From an uncultured archaeon (GTDB lineage: Archaea; Asgardarchaeota; Lokiarchaeia; Sigyniarchaeales; SOKP01), in assembly GCA_964632315.1 (NCBI GenBank), contig CAZWEM010000044.1, positions 1-41,750 on the forward strand: a stretch of DNA of 41,750 bases, read 5' to 3'. How positions within the stretch are numbered: position 1 is the first letter of the stretch; each line of letters opens with the position of its first letter. This document shows positions 18,987 to 29,110 of the stretch, piece by piece. A program made the translations under genes and the position numbers. The notes under the pieces are model-generated. The model ran no database searches and was not told the origin of the DNA. It was given only the letters and a program-made list of their open reading frames with translations.

Positions 18987-19856
18987 TTATTTTTTTGTTT
19001 TTTCCAAGAAATAGGTTACTATTTCTTCAGCAAGGTTAACGTCTGTGACTTTTTGTAATGCGGTAAATCCAGGTATCGAATTCACTTCTAATACTTGAAG
19101 TCCGTGTTTGCTTTCTATAATATCTACTCCTGCTATTTCTGTTTTTGTGATCATTGCTGCTTTTTTTGCGAGATCTTCCAAATCTTTCGTAATTTCTAAC
19201 GTTTCAACATTCGCACCAGCATATACATTTGTTTTCCAATTATTGCTTTTTCGATACATTCCTGCTACGGCTTTATTTCCTAAAACTAATATTCTAATGT
19301 CTCGATTATAATGTTCTATGAATTCTTGAAGATAAAAAACTGTATTTAGTTGTGCTAAGGAATACATTACGTTTTCAGCAAATGCTTTGTCATTAATTCT
19401 TGTAATTCCTATCCCTTTCGAACCATAAAGTGGTTTTAAAACAATATCTTCCCCTAATTCTTCAAAAGCTTCTAAAGCATCGGAAGCTTCTTCACAAATT
19501 ATAGTTTTTGGAGTCGGTATATTATTGTGCTCTAAAAAAATGGAGGTAAGAAATTTATCACTTGCTATTTCAAGTGATTCACGAGAATTTATCAACTTAA
19601 TACCATATTCTTCAATTGCACTTAATAAGTCAAGTCTAAAAAAAATCTTCTGAGTTGGTGCTGCTCCAAATCCCCTAACTAATGCTGCTCTTGGCTTCAA
19701 ATGATCAAAAGTTTCTTTAAAGCTTTTAAGGTTTATCTTAACTCTCACTTTTGACGGAACAAAATAATCAAGCCTATACCCTCTTTTTTTAAATTCTTCT
19801 GATAAAATTTTTATCTCTGGATCACTCGGATTGGGTGTTATGATCATCGAATGCAT
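18987..19856 (-). CDS. RimK-family ATP-grasp alpha-L-glutamate ligase (possibly MptN-like)
   Basis: DKFLT, IPTPKT, VLKPLYGSKG.G, YLQEF, RDIR, WKTN, AGVD and LEVNS.PG motifs. Confidence 0.9.
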   Translation of the reverse strand: MHSMIITPNPSDPEIKILSEEFKKRGYRLDYFVPSKVRVKINLKSFKETFDHLKPRAALVRGFGAAPTQKIFFRLDLLSAIEEYGIKLINSRESLEIASDKFLTSIFLEHNNIPTPKTIICEEASDALEAFEELGEDIVLKPLYGSKGIGITRINDKAFAENVMYSLAQLNTVFYLQEFIEHYNRDIRILVLGNKAVAGMYRKSNNWKTNVYAGANVETLEITKDLEDLAKKAAMITKTEIAGVDIIESKHGLQVLEVNSIPGFTALQKVTDVNLAEEIVTYFLEKTKK

Positions 19857-19931
19857 GAATAATTCCTCTGATTATAATTAATTAATTCAATTACCACCGA
19901 ATAAATAAATTTAAGTTTTTTAAATTCATAT

Positions 19932-20555
19932 ATGAAGTCAATGCACTCCGATGATAAAGAAATTACAGCAGAAAAACTTACTCAAATACTCATTAAATTA
20001 CAAGATCTCTACCATCAAAAGAAAGAGCAACTGGAAGCCCTTCATTTAGAGATTAATGAATTACACTCAATTATAACTAAACTTACGGCATTAATTTCAA
20101 ATCAATCTTTCACGAGTGCGGACTTATTATATTCTAAATCAAATATAACAAGCGAAAAAACCTCAGATGATTACTTTAAAGAAAACGTTTCTGAGGAGGA
20201 ATTCAAGGGCACGCAAATAAAGAGGAAAATTTTTTCAAAGGAAGATGACGATCAAGAAGAATTACTTTGCATTTTAAATTTTAATGATTTTAAGAAACTT
20301 GATATTAAATTTATCGAACCTGACCAGAGAGAAATTAAAGAGACTTCAGAAGAATTTATTAATCTCTTTCTTAAAGAGGCTTTAGTAAAAATAAAAGAAA
20401 CTAATCCTGATTTAAGTATAGAATATGATTTTATAAAAAATTCTAACATCATTGAAAGTATCCATATCACTAATTTGACTAAAATAGATGATTATGATTT
20501 AATTACTGAAAAAGTTCAAGAGCTTTTGTCCTTTAATAAAGCGAAATTAGCTTAA
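19932..20555 (+). CDS. Hypothetical protein with N-terminal coiled coil
   Basis: 207-aa ORF with a heptad pattern near the N-terminus. Confidence 0.7.
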   Translation: MKSMHSDDKEITAEKLTQILIKLQDLYHQKKEQLEALHLEINELHSIITKLTALISNQSFTSADLLYSKSNITSEKTSDDYFKENVSEEEFKGTQIKRKIFSKEDDDQEELLCILNFNDFKKLDIKFIEPDQREIKETSEEFINLFLKEALVKIKETNPDLSIEYDFIKNSNIIESIHITNLTKIDDYDLITEKVQELLSFNKAKLA

Positions 20556-20683
20556 CATCTCTTGAACTAATTATTATATTCAAACTGATTTGAGAATTAT
20601 ATTCCGATATTATAACTATTAATTAAAATCCAAAAAATTAATTATTCAGACTTTTTTATTATATCTATCAAAAAGCTAAAAGT

Positions 20684-21505
20684 GTGCGAAAGTTGGCGAA
20701 GAAAAAGAAATGGCTTATTATGCCAGTGATTCATTCGAAATATAATGATCAAAATTTAGAAGATGCACTTGTTAATAAAGCAAGAGATCTTTTGAGCAAG
20801 GAACAAGGAGATGTACCGTCCTTTATTTTTCTTTCGGGAAGTTTTTTTGATATAAAGGGTTTTGCTTATACAGGTTTACGGGCATGGAAAGGAGCAGCAA
20901 AGCCCTCAAGTTCTGACGCTGGAAGGCGTCCTTTATTAGAAGCGACTTTTGCCTCACTTTCAGTATATTTAAGTTCATTACTTGCATTACAAGCAGACTT
21001 TTTCTTTGCTTATGATGAAATAAAGGATATTTTACTTAATAAGAAAAGAGAAGATTTATGGTCTATCGTATCTGAGAAGCTTCCATTTATATCATTACCT
21101 CCGAAGGAAATGTATGGAAATCAAGTATCACCGATATCCCCTTATTACGTGATAGAACAAGATGATGAACTTATTTTAGGCGAAATTTATCCATCAGCCT
21201 ATTTGACTAAGGTTATCGATTCAATTAAAACTAGATTTTTTGTATTTTTTCAATATCAAGGATATTCTGCATTTGGATTTTTTGACTCCCTTCCCGATAG
21301 GTCTAATTTTGGATTTGAAGAAAAAGCTAAAGATTTTAATGAGGAACCAACATCTAAAAACTTAATCAAATATGCAGAGAATGCTAAGAATCTAAAAGAA
21401 GTTCTAATTGCTTTAATTCACTCTCATAATAATGCATTTCTTGAACAATTCCTCATCACTGATTATGAATTATTATTAAATAAACTATTGGAGGGCGCAG
21501 TTTGA
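20684..21505 (+). CDS. Hypothetical protein translationally coupled to a small GTPase
   Basis: 273-aa ORF; its stop overlaps the next start (TTGA, 21502-21505). Confidence 0.75.
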   Translation: MRKLAKKKKWLIMPVIHSKYNDQNLEDALVNKARDLLSKEQGDVPSFIFLSGSFFDIKGFAYTGLRAWKGAAKPSSSDAGRRPLLEATFASLSVYLSSLLALQADFFFAYDEIKDILLNKKREDLWSIVSEKLPFISLPPKEMYGNQVSPISPYYVIEQDDELILGEIYPSAYLTKVIDSIKTRFFVFFQYQGYSAFGFFDSLPDRSNFGFEEKAKDFNEEPTSKNLIKYAENAKNLKEVLIALIHSHNNAFLEQFLITDYELLLNKLLEGAV

Positions 21506-22134
21506 CCAATATTGGGCTCTTAGGAGATATTTCTGTTGGAAAAACTTCAATATTGAGATTATTTGTTAGATACTTGAATAAGGGAGATATTGAAAAAGTC
21601 GAAGGGGGAAAGAAATGCACTCCTGTCAAAACTGATTTTAGTGGAGAAGCTACTGTACCAGGCGGAGAAAAAGAAGATGCATTAGATGAAAAAGAAACAA
21701 AGACCATACATCCTAATAGAGTAGTGTTTCGAGAAGACGAATCTGGCAGAGCACATACAATATTTGCCCCTGGTGGTGACAGACAGAGAGCAGTTGTAAA
21801 AATGGGGATCATTACAATCTCTCGTATAGCAACACAAATCATAGCTGTATTTTCATTAGATAGAGATATGGATAGACAATTTGAATTTTTCAACGATGTC
21901 AGATTTTTTCCAGATAAAATCTATGTATGTATTAATAAAATTGATTTACTTGAAGGAGATCGAGATAAACAGCTAGAAAATATTCAAAAACGAATCTCTG
22001 AATTCTTCCAGAAGAGAAAAATTAAAGTTGAGGATTATTTCATTACTTGTGGGGAAACAGTAGATAATTTTCAAGACGTTGAAGAATTTAATGATCATGT
22101 AGCTGAAATGATCTTAAAAATTACTACTCAATAA
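21502..22134 (+). CDS. Small GTPase-like P-loop protein (divergent G3)
   Basis: G1 GDISVGKT, G2 KTI, G4 NKID and G5 TCG; G3 reads APGG instead of DxxG. Confidence 0.82.
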   Translation: MTNIGLLGDISVGKTSILRLFVRYLNKGDIEKVEGGKKCTPVKTDFSGEATVPGGEKEDALDEKETKTIHPNRVVFREDESGRAHTIFAPGGDRQRAVVKMGIITISRIATQIIAVFSLDRDMDRQFEFFNDVRFFPDKIYVCINKIDLLEGDRDKQLENIQKRISEFFQKRKIKVEDYFITCGETVDNFQDVEEFNDHVAEMILKITTQ

Positions 22135-22135
22135 A

Positions 22136-22660
22136 TCATTTTATTTCATCCTTCATCATTAATACTATATTATTATATAATCTTTCAATGTCTATTTGAT
22201 ACCCTATTAAAGGAGTTAGTTCTACACTTCTATTTTTTGAATTAATTGAGATATAACCTTTAGTTTCTAACGCTTTTAAATCGCTAATTAAATTTTTCTT
22301 CTTCCTTATCTTTTTGATTTCTTGGATAGACGTTTTTCCTCTATTTTTTAAACAACGTGTCAAAGTACAAAATAAAGTTGCTGCTAAACTAGGATGTTCG
22401 TTAAAAGGATTAGCTCCAAAGAACTCTGTTATTTCATTTTTAATAGATAGATACCAATGAGAATTGAGTGGATTATAATTTATCTGGAATCCTAGGGGAT
22501 CTATATAATTTGAGAGTTTAGTCATTACGTTATTAAACACGAAATTCTCCGCCTTCTTTCCTGGATTTAATCGATCTATAATTTCTTCTCTTGTAGCCCC
22601 AAACTCGTGGTGACTCCCACGCTGGCTTAAGAGATACATCAATATTGATATTTCATTCAT
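22136..22660 (-). CDS. Tandem winged-helix KITE (ScpB/Nse1/Nse3-like) SMC subunit
   Basis: Two WH-like units (L..Y..PLGF.I.YN; L..LE.KGYI......V.LTP); last gene of the SMC operon. Confidence 0.68.
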   Translation of the reverse strand: MNEISILMYLLSQRGSHHEFGATREEIIDRLNPGKKAENFVFNNVMTKLSNYIDPLGFQINYNPLNSHWYLSIKNEITEFFGANPFNEHPSLAATLFCTLTRCLKNRGKTSIQEIKKIRKKKNLISDLKALETKGYISINSKNRSVELTPLIGYQIDIERLYNNIVLMMKDEIK

Positions 22661-22670
22661 TTAATTTTCC

Positions 22671-23318
22671 TCATTGATAAACGAGATTTTTTTCTTTATT
22701 ATATTTAATGATCCCTAATTGAATTAGATGCAATATATACACAAAATTCTCATAGATTTTAATTTGATCCCTTTCATGAGCAAATAAATCTTCAAATTTA
22801 CAAGGTAATAAGTAAGAAATTTGGTCAAAGTATATTTGCATTTTTTCAGTAAATTCATGCTCTGGAACATTTAGTAAAAAACTCCCTTTATGATCTTGAA
22901 TTTGGAGATGTTCTATTCTTTCAATTGATTTTCTTTCTTGACTATATCTATTATTACTATAATTCAAAAATTTTAGAGACATTGATTCAAGATAAAATAT
23001 TTTCGTCCAACTCTTCATTAATAAGGAAGCAATTAATTCATCTGATGGGTTTTTTTCAATAAATTTAGTGAAAATTTCATCATCTTGAAGTGCATTTAAT
23101 AATTTTTGAAGTTCTTCAAACTTTTGGGAGAGTAATCCACAAGCTCCCTCAAATGGCTTGGAATATTTAATAAGATTTACCATATTTAAAGTATTTTTTA
23201 GCTCTTGAAAAATTGGACTTAATTTTAAATCTATAAGAGATAATTTTCCAGAAAAAACATCATTTTTGATTTGTTCAATCTGATTAATTATATCCGTTGG
23301 ATTATCATCATTTACCAT
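22671..23318 (-). CDS. Kleisin (ScpA/Nse4-like) SMC subunit
   Basis: C-terminal F.DL.........F..ILHL...G.I cap motif; directly downstream of SMC. Confidence 0.75.
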   Translation of the reverse strand: MVNDDNPTDIINQIEQIKNDVFSGKLSLIDLKLSPIFQELKNTLNMVNLIKYSKPFEGACGLLSQKFEELQKLLNALQDDEIFTKFIEKNPSDELIASLLMKSWTKIFYLESMSLKFLNYSNNRYSQERKSIERIEHLQIQDHKGSFLLNVPEHEFTEKMQIYFDQISYLLPCKFEDLFAHERDQIKIYENFVYILHLIQLGIIKYNKEKNLVYQ

Positions 23319-23321
23319 GCG

Positions 23322-26300
23322 TTAATCTTCCTCCACGATGATTTTTGGATTGAAAATCGTGGAAATATCTTCTTTTCCTACCCTTGCAACACCTATGATC
23401 TTGTCTGCCAATGAAAATAGAGCTTTTGATGAGCTTGGCAAAAATAAAATTAGTTGGTTTTGCGATCCTTCAAGAGTAGACTGTATCATTTGATAACTAA
23501 TTTCGGTATTTTTTTCGTCTAAAAACATGGCGGCTTCATCGAACATGCATAAAGGGGAAGGTCTGATCTCTTGTAGTGATAAAATAAGACAGATTGAAAT
23601 CATTGAAATCTGCCCTCCACTTAAAGCAGTGCAAGATTTTAATTGATCCTTTGATACTGCGGCCTTAATATCTATTCCAAGGGTTTCAAAATCACCTTGC
23701 AAATTTAATGAACAATAGGTTTTAATCCCAGATGATTTGAATTTATTGTTTATACTAAGCTCTAAATTCTCCAATTCTGAGTTATATTTAGCAAAGTAAG
23801 TATCTTCCATTTTTTTTTCCAAGTTTAAAGCAGAATTTATATCTTCCTTGAGAATCTCTTGATTTTTATTTAATTCCTTTAAACTTGAAAGAATTTGCTC
23901 TTTTTCAATTAATAAAGTTTCATCAACATCTAGATATCCTAATAATTCTTTATCGATATTACGTAGCTCATTTTTAATCTCCTCGAGTGGTCTAATATTC
24001 TCTTCACCTTGAAGTTTTTTATTCCCGAGTTCTTCGTCAATTCTTTTCAAATCAAATTTAGTCGATTCAATTTTGTTTTCTAAATTTTCTAATGCAAAAT
24101 TTTCATGCCCTAGTTTTAACCTCAATTGATTCTGAGATTGTTCTATTTCGTTCTTCTCTTTTACTTGTAAGCTCTTAATCTCCTTTTTATGAGCTAGTTT
24201 CTCTTTAATTGAGTGAATTTCTTCTTTAACTTTCTCTAAGTCATTAAATATCGAAAAACTTTTTTTATCAGCTTTCTCAAAATCATCTTTTTTTAGCTTG
24301 AATTCATTCTCAAGGTTATTTTGTTCATTTTTACGTAATAGTATTTTTGTATTTAACTCATTTCTTAACTCTTCAATATCTTTTCTGTCAATTTCTAATT
24401 TTTTTAACCCTGTGCTTAAATTTTCTAATAATCCCGGAATTTCAACAATTCTAGTTTTCCATTTTTTATAATTAGGTTCAATTTGAGCATTTAATTCTTT
24501 CAATTTAACTTGATTTGCATCTAAATCGGTTAAAAGCCTTGATTTTTCATTTTCTAAAGAGAATATTTTTTCGTAAATCTCATTTCTTCTCTCATTTAAT
24601 CGCTTTTTTTGATTAAAATTATAAAGAAGATCGTTAAATATCTCTTTTTTATTAAAGATCTCTTTTAGCTCCTTATCTTGTTTAGCGATCATAGATCTTA
24701 ATTGTGCTATATTTTCATCTAAGCTTTTAATTTCTTTTCCAATTAAGTCAATATGTTCTTTTAAAGTTGCGGAACTTAGAAAGCCCTTTAATCTTTTAAG
24801 AAATGGAGCTTCAAAAACATGCTTATAAGAACTTATTTGCTCGCCCTTAACTGTAACACAACGTCCTCTAAAATTTGTATTTTTATAAATTTTTTGGGCA
24901 TCATCAAATTCTTGAATTACCAGACAATTTCCCACTTTGGAATACAATACTTTTCTAATATCTAAATCATTATTAATCACTTCAATTAATTCAGAAAGAT
25001 ATCCAATAATTCCTGGAAAATCAATTTCTCTTAAAGGAGAGATTAAATTCTTCTTTGGGAGATATAAATTACAGAATGCGTTTAATCTATCCTTTAAAAC
25101 TTTTAACTGGCTAAACGTCTGCCAATCTGAAGCGATAAATCCAAATAAGACTTTTTCTCCCATAATTGATTCAATAGCATAGCTGAGTTCATCATTATAC
25201 TTTAAATAGTCAATAATAGGCCCCTTGACCTTTAGATGTTGTTTTTGGATTTCTTCTTTTAAGATAATTATATTTGTTGGGATAATCACCTTACACTTGT
25301 CAAACGATTGTTGAGCTTTTCTTAAACTCTCTAACTTTTTAGATTTTCTATTTACAAGCTTATTCATTTTCGATTCTTTATCAAAAATTTCATCAGAGAT
25401 TATGGATATCTGCTTATCAAAACTTCTTAATAATTCTTTAGAGGGACTCTTTAGAAACCATTCATTCTTTTTAAATTTCTCTTCAATATCTTGTAAACTT
25501 TGAAAGATATCATTAGCATCGCTAGTTAGATCTTTGATTAACCCGTCTTTTTCTTCAATTTTTGATTTATAATGGCTCTCTTGTAAAAGTAATCTCTCGT
25601 AATTTTGATATTTCTCTTCATTCCTAATTATCTTACTACTAAGTAAATTTTGTTCTTGAATTAATTCATTGATCTGCTTTTTAATGTCAGTTTGTCTGGC
25701 CTCGAATTCTTCAAGTATCTTCTCTGATTCAATTTCTTCTGTGTTTAACTTTACGATTTCATTATCTTTTGCTTTTATTTGTTTTTTGATTGTCTCTATC
25801 TCTTGTTTCTTGGAAAGCTTTTCCGTCTCCCAAGTTTGAACTTTTTTTAATAAATCGCTTTCAAAATAAGATAATCTCCCAATTTCCTCAGAGTCAGAAT
25901 TAATTTCAGTTTCCAGACCATTTATATTGATTTGGATTTGATGAAGAAGGTTCTCACTGTCAATTATTTTTTTTTTAAAACCCTTAATTTTGGATTTAAG
26001 AGAACCCAATTGATTTTCAAACCTACTAATTATTAACAAAATTTCTTTTCTATTTGCCCATAAAAGTTCATCTTGTAATTGCTTTTTTGTTTTAATTAAA
26101 ATTTGTTTTTTATCTAATCGTTTAAGTTTTGGTAATATGTTTTCTAATGTTCGATTAAGTGCATTCCGCTTACTTATCATTGACCTAAAATTAAGCTCTA
26201 ATTGTTCTAATTTTGTTTTCTGTTTTAATATATCTTCTCTAAGGTTTTTAAGTCCAATTCCTTCCTCTAAAAATTTGCATAACTCATCAGGTTTAAGATT

Positions 26301-26801
26301 TTTTATCGCATCAATCTTTCCCTGACTAACAAAGGCAAAATGATTATCGGGATTAATGTTTAAATTAGAAAATATTTCTTGTACTTCTTCGGCTGAAACC
26401 TTCTTATAATCTGATTCAAAATCCTGTTTTAATTCATAATAGGGAGATCTCCCTTTAATCACAATCCTTCGAAATCTTATGATTTTATCATTGAGTTCTA
26501 AATGAAGTTCAACCATGGCATGTTCTTGACCATCTCTAATAAAATCAGACCACTTTTTATATCTATCATCTCTTTCATTACTTCCAAAAACAAATTTGAT
26601 AGCTTGATAAATAGATGTTTTTCCTGACCAATTAGGACCAATAATAAGAATTAACCGTGGATCTTGAGCAGTTGATAGACTTGATAAATCTACCTCGTCT
26701 TTTCTGAATGATAAAAAATTCTCTAAAATCACTTTTTTAATTTTAACCTTAAAAGGAGGGTTTAAATCTATTAAAGTTGATTTTTGTTCAATCGTTGTTA
26801 T
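23322..26801 (-). CDS. smc: SMC family ATPase (Smc5/6-like); true start probably upstream of the GTG at 26732
   Basis: IKKVILENFLSF, Walker A GPNWSGKT, Q-loop FVSQG, coiled coils, hinge (GPI...AIE..MG), signature LSGGQ, Walker B/D-loop FDEAAMFLD. The frame is open up to ATA at 26801. Confidence 0.9.
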   Translation of the reverse strand: MTTIEQKSTLIDLNPPFKVKIKKVILENFLSFRKDEVDLSSLSTAQDPRLILIIGPNWSGKTSIYQAIKFVFGSNERDDRYKKWSDFIRDGQEHAMVELHLELNDKIIRFRRIVIKGRSPYYELKQDFESDYKKVSAEEVQEIFSNLNINPDNHFAFVSQGKIDAIKNLKPDELCKFLEEGIGLKNLREDILKQKTKLEQLELNFRSMISKRNALNRTLENILPKLKRLDKKQILIKTKKQLQDELLWANRKEILLIISRFENQLGSLKSKIKGFKKKIIDSENLLHQIQININGLETEINSDSEEIGRLSYFESDLLKKVQTWETEKLSKKQEIETIKKQIKAKDNEIVKLNTEEIESEKILEEFEARQTDIKKQINELIQEQNLLSSKIIRNEEKYQNYERLLLQESHYKSKIEEKDGLIKDLTSDANDIFQSLQDIEEKFKKNEWFLKSPSKELLRSFDKQISIISDEIFDKESKMNKLVNRKSKKLESLRKAQQSFDKCKVIIPTNIIILKEEIQKQHLKVKGPIIDYLKYNDELSYAIESIMGEKVLFGFIASDWQTFSQLKVLKDRLNAFCNLYLPKKNLISPLREIDFPGIIGYLSELIEVINNDLDIRKVLYSKVGNCLVIQEFDDAQKIYKNTNFRGRCVTVKGEQISSYKHVFEAPFLKRLKGFLSSATLKEHIDLIGKEIKSLDENIAQLRSMIAKQDKELKEIFNKKEIFNDLLYNFNQKKRLNERRNEIYEKIFSLENEKSRLLTDLDANQVKLKELNAQIEPNYKKWKTRIVEIPGLLENLSTGLKKLEIDRKDIEELRNELNTKILLRKNEQNNLENEFKLKKDDFEKADKKSFSIFNDLEKVKEEIHSIKEKLAHKKEIKSLQVKEKNEIEQSQNQLRLKLGHENFALENLENKIESTKFDLKRIDEELGNKKLQGEENIRPLEEIKNELRNIDKELLGYLDVDETLLIEKEQILSSLKELNKNQEILKEDINSALNLEKKMEDTYFAKYNSELENLELSINNKFKSSGIKTYCSLNLQGDFETLGIDIKAAVSKDQLKSCTALSGGQISMISICLILSLQEIRPSPLCMFDEAAMFLDEKNTEISYQMIQSTLEGSQNQLILFLPSSSKALFSLADKIIGVARVGKEDISTIFNPKIIVEED

Positions 26802-26807
26802 TCATCT

Positions 26808-28028
26808 CTAAATTCCAAATGCTTGCTTTATTTGTTCAATCCTCTTTTTAGCTTTCTCTAAAGTGATTTGGGCTTTTTTAGGATCATCTTGTAGAATAAA
26901 ATTATACTTTGCAAGTAATTGTAATTCATTAGGTTCAAGAGTTTCTCTTTTTTTCAACTTCTCCAAAATAATCATTAATTCCGCATAATTTTGTGAAGCA
27001 GCATCCTCATAGAGTTGATTAAGTAGAAACTGAGAACCACTTTCTTTTTTCACTTTTAACATTAAATCATCAATGAGTTCGTTTACAAAAACTTGTTCAT
27101 TTTTGTCAGTTTTAGGTTTAGGAAGCTCATTTACTATTCTACTGTTCTCATTTGAATTTAATGATTTAGTAGTTGGGATAAATTCTTCTGAATCTATTAA
27201 ATCTCGAAGTATTTGAGTTATTTCATTAGACACATCATTTAAATCAGAATTAAGATACTGCTTAAATATAGCCAGGTTAAGAAGTTGTTTCAGATCTTTT
27301 ACTTCCCAATTATTGGTAATTTCGGCCAAATTCTTTATTTCAAATACAATTTTTGGATACTTCTCAGAAATAGTTGATAAGAATGATAGTCTTTCTTCTT
27401 TTTTTAACGTGGAAATTCGTATAAATAGATCAAATAATTCAAATATGTGAGTAGAATTATCATAAATTTCTGGTAGATTATGATTTATCCAAATAAAAAA
27501 TGAACCATGATCCAAAAAGGAATAATTAATTGGCTTTTTTAGGAAATGTGATAAAAAACCCTTCATTAAATTATGATTCTTTAAAGTTAAGTCTTCTGAT
27601 TGTTCAAATATTATTAAGTTTTTTATTTTATTTCGATCAGTCGAATCATTTTGTTTCCTATCATCAGAATTTCTTTCAATAAGAGTCCATTCGATGATCT
27701 CATTAAAATTGTCATAAAATTTATTCAAATCTCGGAGAATTATTTCATAATTAAAGTCCACAAAATTTATATTATAGTTTTTTGCTATAAGTCTGAAAAA
27801 ATCATTAATATCAGTTCCATATCCAATATTGATAAGTAATGCTCCTTTTGGATAAATATATTGTTTTACAATCTCATCATCATCGTTAATCATCATTATT
27901 TTTAAATAATTAATTATCTCTTGGTATTTTTCCCTAAAAAAGATTTGATCTTGAGAGATATCGATATCGCTTGGATCAGAAACACAAATGTATTGAGATA
28001 AATTTAATTGACTTTTATATTCGTCCAT
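26808..28028 (-). CDS. Degenerate AAA+ ATPase-like protein
   Basis: PKGALLINIGYGTD...FRLIAK mimics the PKG.LL.GPPGTGKT..A.AIA region but lacks GKT. LIIFEQ at the Walker B position, FDL.I.I......ER and a lid-like region follow. Confidence 0.6.
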   Translation of the reverse strand: MDEYKSQLNLSQYICVSDPSDIDISQDQIFFREKYQEIINYLKIMMINDDDEIVKQYIYPKGALLINIGYGTDINDFFRLIAKNYNINFVDFNYEIILRDLNKFYDNFNEIIEWTLIERNSDDRKQNDSTDRNKIKNLIIFEQSEDLTLKNHNLMKGFLSHFLKKPINYSFLDHGSFFIWINHNLPEIYDNSTHIFELFDLFIRISTLKKEERLSFLSTISEKYPKIVFEIKNLAEITNNWEVKDLKQLLNLAIFKQYLNSDLNDVSNEITQILRDLIDSEEFIPTTKSLNSNENSRIVNELPKPKTDKNEQVFVNELIDDLMLKVKKESGSQFLLNQLYEDAASQNYAELMIILEKLKKRETLEPNELQLLAKYNFILQDDPKKAQITLEKAKKRIEQIKQAFGI

Positions 28029-28124
28029 AATAATTTTATCACTTCTATATTTACATGATAACTTGAAAATAAATATTTAGTGGTTAAGACGGTACAATAA
28101 AATTGATTTAGCAAAATTAGGAGC

Positions 28125-28379
28125 CTAATTTATTTCTTCCTTGCTATGCATGCAAAAACTTTCCCCTTTTAACTTATAGGCGATAAATATGCTACATTCT
28201 GGACATCTACACCCATTATTTTGGAATTCTTCCAATGGTTTTGTAGTTTTTCCTCGAGAACAAAATAGTAGATGGGGTTCAAATTCATTTAGTCGGTTTG
28301 GTTTAAACGAAGGGCAAACAAAACAAAATTTTCTGCACTCATTAAGAATTTCTTCTAAATCGGGAACTTGGTTAGGCAT
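28125..28379 (-). CDS. Small Cys-rich protein (DUF2769-like)
   Basis: C...C..CPSF, LFCSRGK, GCRCPEC and FC pattern. Confidence 0.75.
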   Translation of the reverse strand: MPNQVPDLEEILNECRKFCFVCPSFKPNRLNEFEPHLLFCSRGKTTKPLEEFQNNGCRCPECSIFIAYKLKGESFCMHSKEEIN

Positions 28380-28509
28380 AAAAAAATGTATCTCTATTTG
28401 ACATAGGATAAATTAGAACTTGATATAAATTTGATATTTATAGTTTATTAGATCAAAGTTGTAGTAGGTAGCCATATAAGGTGGCTTGAATAGAATTTTA
28501 TCAAAACTC

Positions 28510-28869
28510 TTATTCAAAATTTAAAAATTTACAGGTTTGATTTAATAGTTTGTTTAACATATCTAAATTTAACGAATAATACGTATATTTCCCTTTTTTC
28601 CAACCTCGGATTAAGTCAAGTTTCTCCAATTCGCGCAAATGATGAGAAATTGATGGTTGAGATTTATCTAAAATAGCTTCTAATTCACAGACACATCTAT
28701 CTTTTTCTTTCAATACATTAATAATTATCAATCTTTCAATATTGCCCATTATACTAAGAAAATCGAGAGTTCGATTTAATCTATCACTATATCTTAAATC
28801 CTTTCCCAATTCCTGTAACTCTTTGAATAAATTATCAGTATCGGTACAAGTATCACATGAACATAACAT
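28510..28869 (-). CDS. arsR: ArsR/SmtB family transcriptional regulator (may start at ATT 28902)
   Basis: R..I...L...DRCVCEL......SQPSISHHL..L....LI..KKGK...YSL; N-terminal CxCxxC; divergent from acr3. Confidence 0.92.
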   Translation of the reverse strand: MLCSCDTCTDTDNLFKELQELGKDLRYSDRLNRTLDFLSIMGNIERLIIINVLKEKDRCVCELEAILDKSQPSISHHLRELEKLDLIRGWKKGKYTYYSLNLDMLNKLLNQTCKFLNFE

Positions 28870-29110
28870 GTCTTTAATCTTGGATTGCCTTTTCGCTTTA
28901 ATCTTAAAACACCATTATAAATATTGAAATATAGAGCGGTTAATATTAAGATAAAAGTTTTGAAATTATAAAAATTTTATTCAAATAAAATGAAGTTGAT
29001 TCAAATCGAAATGCTTTTATTTTACACTAAATTCTAATATATCAAGCTCTAAGATAAGGATTTTTATTTTAACAAAGTATGAAACAATTTAATAGCCTAA
29101 ATTGAGAATT

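Noticed and set aside
22136-28028. Wadjet/MksBEFG anti-plasmid system
   Set aside because: There is no JetD/MksG Toprim nuclease, and the gene order and housekeeping context fit a chromosomal SMC complex.
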